Of a stretch of DNA of 64,000 nucleotides, positions 53,346-64,000 are shown in pieces (within the stretch, counting starts at the first letter, position 1; every line of letters starts with the position of its first letter). The translations under genes were made by a program, and so were the position numbers. The notes under the pieces were generated by a model that worked only from the letters and a program-made list of their open reading frames with translations, was not told the origin of the DNA and searched no databases. This DNA is from Pseudomonas phage RWG: the sequence record KM411958.1; one strand, given 5' to 3'.

Positions 53346-54536
53346 TTAGTTGAAGCCCAGCTTCTCGAACTCTTCGTCCGACATCGCTAGGGGATCGAAC
53401 TGGGCAGGCTTAGCCTTTCCAGCTACAGTTTTGGTCGGAGCCGCAGCCCGACGCTTTTCTTTCACAGCCGCTTCCTGTGCCTTGGTGCGGGTGGTGACTC
53501 GCTTCACCGGTTCAGCGGGTGCTTTACGTTGGCTTTCAGTGGCCGAGGCTTGAGCCAAATCGTCGAATGCACCTTGAGCCTGAAGCTCATCCCCAACCGC
53601 CTTATATGCGTGCAGGTACGGGGTACTATCAGTGATCGTGCCGAATGCCTTACGGCGCTGGATCTCGGAGTCGATTCGGTCGAATACCCCATTGGTCATG
53701 TGCTGTTCGAAGTAGCCGATGACTTGAGGATGTTCGGAAACCAACTTCTGAGAAGTTTTATCCAACTTGCCCAGCGTAGTAACCACTCGGTTGTAGGATG
53801 GACTGTGCTCGATGGAATCGAGTTGTTCGTCCAGTGCCTCACGAACTTGGTTGAATGGTACAGCAGTCGGTTTGTAATCCGCAACGCTCTTCTCATCCAA
53901 GTCGAGCGGATCTACACCGGCATCTTTAGCCAACTTAGCGATGGCTTCAGGTTTCTTGTGTTTGAGAAGATCAACCACATTGGCGATAGTCTCCGGGTTC
54001 AGCAAACCAGCTTCATCCAGTTGACGCATCATGTGCAAGTTCGGCTTGAGCGCGGACATCTTGTGGTTGTAGTTGGCACCCATCTGCATCAGACGGATAG
54101 CCTCTTCCGGCGTCTTGACCTGTAGATCACGGCCATTCGCTTTGAACGGTGCAGTGATCTTCGCCATGAAGTCAGCAGGATCTACCTCTTGCTTGGTAGC
54201 CTCGGACTTCTTGGCTTCAGGTTCTTCTTCAGTCGGAGTATCTTCCGACTCTTCCTTGTCGCCGTCTTCTTCTTCCTGCCCCGACTTTTCTTCAGTCGGT
54301 TTCTCTTCCGCAGGAAGATCGCCGAGTTCATCGTCCGGCGAGTTGAGAGGATCTTGTTCCTCCTCCTGTCCTTCTTCCTGCTCTTCGTCAGCAGGCTCTT
54401 CTTCCTGGTCGGCGGCTTCAACTTGCTCGTCGTCCAGTTGTTCCTGCTCGGGTTCTTCTTGCTCGGAGCGAGTCTGCTCTTCTACTTCGTAGAACTCGGG
54501 CAGATCGTCGTCACTCATTTCGAGGAAGTCAGCCAT
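53346..54536 (-). CDS. highly acidic protein (scaffolding-like)
   Basis: N-terminal ~120 aa are almost entirely Glu/Asp/Gln. Positioned between the portal and capsid genes. Confidence 0.4.
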   Translation of the reverse strand: MADFLEMSDDDLPEFYEVEEQTRSEQEEPEQEQLDDEQVEAADQEEEPADEEQEEGQEEEQDPLNSPDDELGDLPAEEKPTEEKSGQEEEDGDKEESEDTPTEEEPEAKKSEATKQEVDPADFMAKITAPFKANGRDLQVKTPEEAIRLMQMGANYNHKMSALKPNLHMMRQLDEAGLLNPETIANVVDLLKHKKPEAIAKLAKDAGVDPLDLDEKSVADYKPTAVPFNQVREALDEQLDSIEHSPSYNRVVTTLGKLDKTSQKLVSEHPQVIGYFEQHMTNGVFDRIDSEIQRRKAFGTITDSTPYLHAYKAVGDELQAQGAFDDLAQASATESQRKAPAEPVKRVTTRTKAQEAAVKEKRRAAAPTKTVAGKAKPAQFDPLAMSDEEFEKLGFN

Positions 54537-54928
54537 TACTCTTCATCCTCCTCTTCACGGACACGTTCGAGTTCAGCGTCACAGTCCTTGATGGCCTGTT
54601 CAGCTTCGTCGCCACGTACGCCGATCAGCTGGAAGTAGGTGTGCAGAGCGCCGACCGCATCGATCTCACGGATGATGCGAGCCTGCATCTCGGGGGATTC
54701 CATGTTCTTGTCCGCCTTGAGCAGGACCAGACGTGCAGCGTTGTCCTTGAGGAAGTCGTTGAGGATCAGCGCCTGGAAGTCCCGGTTCTTGTGCAGACGC
54801 AGCATTGCGTCACGCAACCGGACGAACTTCTCAGCGTTCTTCCGGGTGATCTGAATAGCGTGTTCTTCGTTCATCTTTGCAAATCCTGTCAAGTAAAGGG
54901 GTGTTGGTTCACCGTAAAGGTGAACCAA
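54536..54928 (-). CDS. hypothetical protein
   Basis: 130 aa. Confidence 0.45.
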   Translation of the reverse strand: MVHLYGEPTPLYLTGFAKMNEEHAIQITRKNAEKFVRLRDAMLRLHKNRDFQALILNDFLKDNAARLVLLKADKNMESPEMQARIIREIDAVGALHTYFQLIGVRGDEAEQAIKDCDAELERVREEEDEE

Positions 54929-54943
54929 CTATAGTGAAGTTAA

Positions 54944-57136
<2,193 letters not shown>

Positions 57137-57158
57137 TCAAACCAATGAGGTAAGAATC

Positions 57159-57578
57159 TTGGAAATTAAACAACTGAGCCCGAACTTTACCATGCCCAAG
57201 CGTGGCAGTGATACCGCAGCCGGGTACGATATCTTCATGCCCGAAGGTGGTATTGCCTTCGCAAACCATCCAACTACGGTAAAGCTTGGCTTCTCCGCTG
57301 CTGTACCTGAAGGGTATGTAGCTCTTCTGCTGCCTCGCTCTGGCGTAGGCGCCAAGGCCGGTGTCCGCCTTCGCAATACCTGCGGTGTCATCGACTCCGA
57401 CTACCGTGGTGAGTGGATGGCTGTCATCTCCACCGACCGGGAACCCTTCCGATGGGCAGCTGGTGATCGTCTTCTTCAGATGGTCCTGGTTCCGGTAGGA
57501 ACTCCCGAACTTCAACTCGTCGAAGAACTGTCCGAAACCAATCGTGGTGAAGGCGGCTTCGGCTCTACTGGGGAATAA
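57159..57578 (+). CDS. dut: dUTP diphosphatase
   Basis: All five dUTPase motifs are present: AAGYDI, RSG, GVIDSDYRGE, GDRLLQ, RGEGGFGSTG. TTG start with a GAGGT RBS. Confidence 0.85.
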   Translation: MEIKQLSPNFTMPKRGSDTAAGYDIFMPEGGIAFANHPTTVKLGFSAAVPEGYVALLLPRSGVGAKAGVRLRNTCGVIDSDYRGEWMAVISTDREPFRWAAGDRLLQMVLVPVGTPELQLVEELSETNRGEGGFGSTGE

Positions 57579-57581
57579 CCC

Positions 57582-57881
57582 ATGCAACTGATCAAAGAGT
57601 ACGAACACGCCAAGCCCCTCAAGTTCAAGGGCTGGCAGGTAAGTGAAGACCACGAGCAGAACGTCCAGGCACTGCAAGAGATGCTCGGCTCGTTCCACTT
57701 CATCACGGCAGCCTTCGGCGACAACGCTGATGGCGAACGTGTCTACTCCCTCAGCAACTTCAACGAGGGTGCCACCCTGGACGTGAAGGCCGGCGAATGG
57801 ATCTTCGTCAACGAAGAAGGTTCCATCGAAGGCTGGTCCGCTGAAGTCGGCGCTGTCCGCTTCAAGGAAATCCAGGCATAA
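57582..57881 (+). CDS. hypothetical protein
   Basis: 99 aa, co-directional with dut. Followed by a strong terminator. Confidence 0.5.
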   Translation: MQLIKEYEHAKPLKFKGWQVSEDHEQNVQALQEMLGSFHFITAAFGDNADGERVYSLSNFNEGATLDVKAGEWIFVNEEGSIEGWSAEVGAVRFKEIQA

Positions 57882-57885
57882 AAAA

Positions 57886-57908
57886 GAGGGGACCGTCCTG
57901 GTCCCCTC
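57886..57908. terminator. strong bidirectional terminator
   Basis: AAAAAA-GAGGGGACC-gtcct-GGTCCCCTC. Confidence 0.75.
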
Positions 57909-57912
57909 ACCC

Positions 57913-60295
<2,383 letters not shown>

Positions 60296-60296
<1 letters not shown>

Positions 60297-61021
60297 TAGG
60301 CAAGCTCCCCTTCGATGACTTCACCGAAGTCCATGCTGCGTTCAGCTACATCCTTCGCCGACAGCTGCTTGCCCGCGATCATCTCCTGCTGGAGACGTGC
60401 CAGTGCTTCAGCATTCTGCCGCATGATGTCGATGGCATCTGCTGCACGGTCACTGACATCGATCTTCAGTTCAGTCTTCTCCGGCGACTTCAGGTGAGTG
60501 AGCAGACTGTTGGCCGACTCCTGCTGCACCTTCTCCGACTGAGCATTCTGCATCAGATGGAACAGATGGTTGATCGCCTTCTGCTTGATGTCCGCGTTGA
60601 GCACATGGCATGGGATCAGTGCCTGCTCCAGGATGAGGTTCACCAACTTCGACTTGTTGTAGCTGGTGATGTAGCTGGCCATGTCCTTGTTGGCCACACC
60701 CTGTTGGGTCCACCGCTGGATCTTGGTGGGGAAGGTACGGGTGTAAGCCTCAGTGTTGTTCAACCCCATCAGCTTATAGGTCACGTACTTCGAAGCATGA
60801 AGGTAGTTATCCAGCTTGAACTTACCTTCCTTCATCACATGGGTGTACCCAATGATGTTGTCCCTGAAGGCTTCCGCCATGTCAGGATCAGACAGCATGT
60901 CATTGAGTGTCTTCAGTACTTCCGGGGAGATGGACTTCTTCATCTTGTCCGGTAGCACGGAGCGGAACTCATCTACCGTCAACATCCCAGGCTGAGCAGT
61001 AGTGGCGGGGGTGGTGGTCAT
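60296..61021 (-). CDS. putative terminase small subunit
   Basis: Start MTTTPATTAQ at 61021 with a GAGG RBS. Position immediately upstream of TerL. No motif evidence. Confidence 0.35.
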
Positions 61022-61087
61022 CTTAGTACCTCGGTTGTCTATAGGTTGTGCCGAGGATAACACAACGTACAAACCAAGGAGTAAACC

Positions 61088-61519
61088 ATGCAACTAGAAC
61101 CCTATGCCCGGCACATCGTGAACGGGGAACTCCAGCCTCGTAATGCACGAGTGGAGTGTGGCACCAAGGTATTCCTTTTGAGGGACACCCTCACTCACAA
61201 CCCGGACACTGGAAGAACACTGGCCCTCGGTGCAGGAAGCCAAGTGATCGTTATGGGTCTGTGCATCCAGTACACCGAGAAGGGGAACATCCCTCTGATC
61301 GCAGTCCACAGCATCAATGAAGACGGCGTCCTCTTCCATGCCCTGGTAGACCCCAACCATCTCTGCTATGCAGAGTGCCCGGTTGATCGTGTACTCAAGC
61401 TGGTGCAGGTAGAAGAGATGACAGTGATGCTACGTAACAAGGGATACGAGCAGTCGGAGAAAGTAGCTGAACTTATCTACAGCTACGGTATCCGTCAGCT
61501 GCATGAAGGTAGGCTGTGA
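61088..61519 (+). CDS. hypothetical protein
   Basis: AAGGAG RBS. 143 aa. Confidence 0.5.
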   Translation: MQLEPYARHIVNGELQPRNARVECGTKVFLLRDTLTHNPDTGRTLALGAGSQVIVMGLCIQYTEKGNIPLIAVHSINEDGVLFHALVDPNHLCYAECPVDRVLKLVQVEEMTVMLRNKGYEQSEKVAELIYSYGIRQLHEGRL

Positions 61520-61731
61520 TGGACATCAGCTATGCTCATGTTCAGATGAAGCTGAAGGACGGGAAGACTACCTCTCACAAGGTAGAGATCCCCTACTCTC
61601 TCAGTGAAGTGCAGGATGACTTCTACTCCACTGTAGCTCAGATCCTCAATCTGGTACGCAGAGGGACTGGCATCTCTGTTCTGAACGTCACTCACTCACG
61701 AGTACTCTTCACTGCGGGGCCAAACCAATGA
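61516..61731 (+). CDS. hypothetical small protein
   Basis: ATGA overlap with the upstream gene. 71 aa. Confidence 0.4.
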   Translation: MMDISYAHVQMKLKDGKTTSHKVEIPYSLSEVQDDFYSTVAQILNLVRRGTGISVLNVTHSRVLFTAGPNQ

Positions 61732-61988
61732 AAGCAGACTGGGTGTCCAACCTGATCTTCGCTCTGGTCTGGTCCTTGTACGTGCCCAAGCCAGCAAGCG
61801 AGGAACACCTCTGGCTCTTCCACCTGTTGCACTTCCTCTTCGCCCTCCTGCTGTGGACGGCGATAGACGTGACCAGGTACTCACCCGAATGGAAGGAGAA
61901 GCCTGTCTTCGCCTTCTTCATCTTCGCACCCATGGTACCGATGAACCTGTACGGAGCCATGATGCTACTGGAGCTTTTATGGAACTGA
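61728..61988 (+). CDS. small membrane protein
   Basis: Hydrophobic 86-aa product. Confidence 0.4.
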   Translation: MKADWVSNLIFALVWSLYVPKPASEEHLWLFHLLHFLFALLLWTAIDVTRYSPEWKEKPVFAFFIFAPMVPMNLYGAMMLLELLWN

Positions 61989-62287
61989 ACGACACAGGCA
62001 AGATTCGCATTGTCCTCACCATCCAGGGCAAGGCGTACTACCTTGATACCCTTCTCACCAGGGATGAATGGGACACCATGACCGACGCGCAGAAGACCAA
62101 GTACATGAACGAATGGGTACTGGCTTCGGTGAGCATCCGTCCCCAGATGCCTTCCTCGGAATCGGACATCCTCAAGCACAAGATCCGTGAACTGGAACTG
62201 GAGGTATCTCGTCTGAAGAAGCAGGCTACCCCTACCTTTCGGTATCCACCTGGGGTAACCATCGGGCATCTTCCCGACCAACGGTAG
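61979..62287 (+). CDS. hypothetical protein
   Basis: Begins MELNDTGKIRIV. 102 aa. Confidence 0.45.
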   Translation: MELNDTGKIRIVLTIQGKAYYLDTLLTRDEWDTMTDAQKTKYMNEWVLASVSIRPQMPSSESDILKHKIRELELEVSRLKKQATPTFRYPPGVTIGHLPDQR

Positions 62288-62303
62288 TATTCCAAGCACA
62301 AAA

Positions 62304-62327
62304 AAGGAGGCCCGTAAGCCTCCTTCT
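62304..62327. terminator. terminator hairpin AAGGAGGC-ccgtaa-GCCTCCTT
   Basis: A-run upstream and TCT downstream. Directly abuts the TATA-like motif. Confidence 0.6.
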
Positions 62328-62328
62328 C

Positions 62329-62347
62329 CCCCCTATATAATATATAG
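62329..62347 (+). promoter_or_regulatory. CCCCTATATAATATATAGG promoter-like motif (contains TATAAT)
   Basis: Near-identical to 26867-26883. Palindromic TATATAATATATA. Confidence 0.45.
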
Positions 62348-62397
62348 GTAATCCCCCGTGGGTGAGTAATACCAAGGGTACCACGAGGAATTACCCT

Positions 62398-62427
62398 CGT
62401 CAACCCCTCGCTCCGCTCGGGGTTGAC
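62398..62427 (+). repeat. structured repeat E3: hairpin GTCAACCCC-tcgctccgctcg-GGGGTTGAC (core variant in the loop)
   Basis: 9-bp stem. The loop is a variant of the CTCGCTGCGCTCG core. Preceded by a second small hairpin ACGAGG-aattac-CCTCGT. Confidence 0.6.
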
Positions 62428-62483
62428 TCGGGCCGCAGGCGCCGAGGCTCACTACTCCCCCACCTCAACGCGCGCGAGGAATC

Positions 62484-63141
62484 AGATTCAATGGAACAGA
62501 AGACCGTACTGAACATCAAGCTACCAGGACAAGAACTGGTAGAGATCGACCTTGGTATCTCCTGGCATGAGTACATCAACAATGCAGGAGATGACAACAC
62601 TGGCTTGGTTTACGTCAAGCTGGCTGAGTACGCTGAACTGTTTGATGTAGTACCTAACAACCCAGCAGAGAAGAAGATAGCTGAACTGGAAGCCAAGGTA
62701 AAAGAACTGGAGGACAAGCTTAAGGCTACCTCTACTGAAGAGAACAGGGAGAGTTTCCTGTGCAGGGTTGCCAGTCGTGGTTCTCGTAAGCATGCTGACA
62801 TCGTTAAGAAGGATGGCTTGTTCTACTGGGTAGGTACCATCAGGGGCATGACACTCAGAATGGAGAGTACCTTCATGGATGCAGACTTCGATCCTGTCAT
62901 CCGTGATGCAAGGGATTGGGTGAAGACACCTACTGTAATGTGCGGCGGTCTTGGTGTACTGGTCATGAGTGATCGTGCAAGGAACCATAGACTGGAACTC
63001 TATTGGTTTGCAGCTACTGGCTTGTTCACTGGTGTAGCCACTCACACAGAGACTGGCTTAGCCTATGTATCACCAGTCAAGCACAAGGACTGGAAGGATG
63101 CGTGGAGAGAGATAGGCTGCTACATCCAAGGTAAAGACTAG
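62484..63141 (+). CDS. hypothetical protein
   Basis: Begins MEQKTVLNIK. 219 aa. Confidence 0.5.
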
Positions 63142-63150
63142 GGTGTGTAT

Positions 63151-63187
63151 ATCCTGTGGATAACTTGACTATAGATATCCACAGGTA
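63151..63187. repeat. hairpin ATCCTGTGGATA-acttgactataga-TATCCACAGGTA
   Basis: 10-12 bp stem. The loop contains TTGACT. Confidence 0.5.
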
Positions 63188-63188
63188 T

Positions 63189-63273
63189 CCATAACCCATA
63201 GCTTCGGACCAGTCATCCTGCTCACCTCGCTGCGCTCGGTGCTTGGCGACTTAACCTCAGCTATGGGTTATGG
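63189..63273 (+). repeat. structured repeat E4: 14-bp inverted repeat CCATAACCCATAGC/GCTATGGGTTATGG enclosing core CACCTCGCTGCGCTCGGTGCTTGGCG
   Basis: Perfect 14-bp arms. Interior shares CAGTCATCC plus the core with E2. Confidence 0.7.
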
Positions 63274-63557
63274 GAGCTAGGGGAAAGGGATTGGTTTGGG
63301 GAGATGGAAGTGATTTGGGTTATGGGAAATTTCATCATGTACTTGTGATTGCAGTACTTCAGTCTGCGGCTCTCCAAAACCGGTTATCCCCCCGGTACCT
63401 CTTGAGTTTTGGAATTCCCGCGCTACCTACCCCACCTTGTTTAACTCTACTTCTACCCAATCATCTGTCTGTACTTCTAGATCAAGAGAAGCCTTCGGCT
63501 GTGCTGTGGATTGATCCTGTGTCACCACAACCATTCTCACTACTCTGGAGTACTACC

Positions 63558-63812
63558 ATGTTCAAAGCTCTCAACCAATTCTTCGCTATGCTGGAGTCCA
63601 TGTTCCGTGCTGTCACCAACCTGACCAAGGCTGCCGAGAACGTAACCGAGTGGGCCGAAGAAGAATCTGCTCACTTCAACAACAAGGCTCGTCTGCAACG
63701 CGAACAAGCCATCGCTCTGCTCAACATCGAGAACGCTCAGGAACTTCAGGAGAAAGGTCTCACCGAAGCTGTAGAATCCGTCCGTAAAGAACGCTCCAAG
63801 TCCAAGGCTTAA
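63558..63812 (+). CDS. hypothetical small protein
   Basis: Begins MFKALNQFFAML. 84 aa. Sits after a 415-bp non-coding region. Confidence 0.4.
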   Translation: MFKALNQFFAMLESMFRAVTNLTKAAENVTEWAEEESAHFNNKARLQREQAIALLNIENAQELQEKGLTEAVESVRKERSKSKA

Positions 63813-64000
63813 CCCTACCCCAAGTCCCTCACTCCCTAACACGGAGTGGGGGCTTACCTTTTCAGAGCACACATAAGAACACACAACCAGAGCACACACC
63901 TCTCTCTCAGGGACAGTAGGTTGTAGGAAGGAAGGGATACTCTCTGTGTCAGTAACTACTCTCGTGTGTAGGAGGATAGGGGAGATAGGGGAGTCTGGCA

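Noticed and set aside
63165-63193. TTGACT in the 63151-63187 hairpin loop as a sigma70 -35 box
   Set aside because: No acceptable -10 hexamer lies 16-18 bp downstream (TCCATA at best). More likely this is just loop sequence.

Overview
The window reads as most of an N4-like (Schitoviridae) podophage genome, at about 55-58% GC. A 3398-aa ORF (35932-46128, minus strand) carries a T7-like motif C (NIHDAHG), the hallmark of the virion-packaged giant RNA polymerase of N4-like phages. Position 1 lies inside the C-terminus of a T7-like RNA polymerase gene, so the window appears to start inside the N4 RNAPII-like gene, with the rest of the early region upstream and off-window. Positions 600-19300 on the plus strand carry the middle/replication block. 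Identified there are a ClpX-like AAA+ ATPase, a MoxR ATPase, an HExxH+VWA partner, a Dda-like helicase, DNA polymerase A with 3'-5' exonuclease, dCMP deaminase, an HNH endonuclease, and rIIA and rIIB (both matching T4 directly). Positions 19384-26551 on the minus strand carry lysis (SLT endolysin, embedded Rz/Rz1 spanins) and tail-fibre genes, one with an SGNH/GDSL esterase domain. Positions 26920-35916 on the plus strand carry a PD-(D/E)xK nuclease, an AEP-type primase with a P-loop domain, an AAA_24 ATPase, an SSB-like protein and a RuvC-like resolvase. Positions 35932-61021 on the minus strand carry the vRNAP, internal virion proteins, a probable major capsid protein, a portal, terminase large subunit and a putative small subunit, with a plus-strand dUTPase island embedded. 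Positions 61088-63812 carry small plus-strand ORFs and long structured non-coding DNA, probably near the genome right end. No rRNA, tRNA or CRISPR was recognised. The most unusual non-genic signal is a family of four structured repeats: variable 9-14 bp inverted-repeat stems enclose a conserved core CTCGCTGCGCTCG, and each is oriented with the gene block it precedes. Other notable items are a CCCCTATnATATATA promoter-like motif paired with terminator hairpins, a perfect 16-bp palindrome, a low-GC ORF wedged between the MoxR and VWA genes, and a C-terminal SLFS tail shared by two proteins. All functional calls rest on motifs I could read by eye, with no database search.
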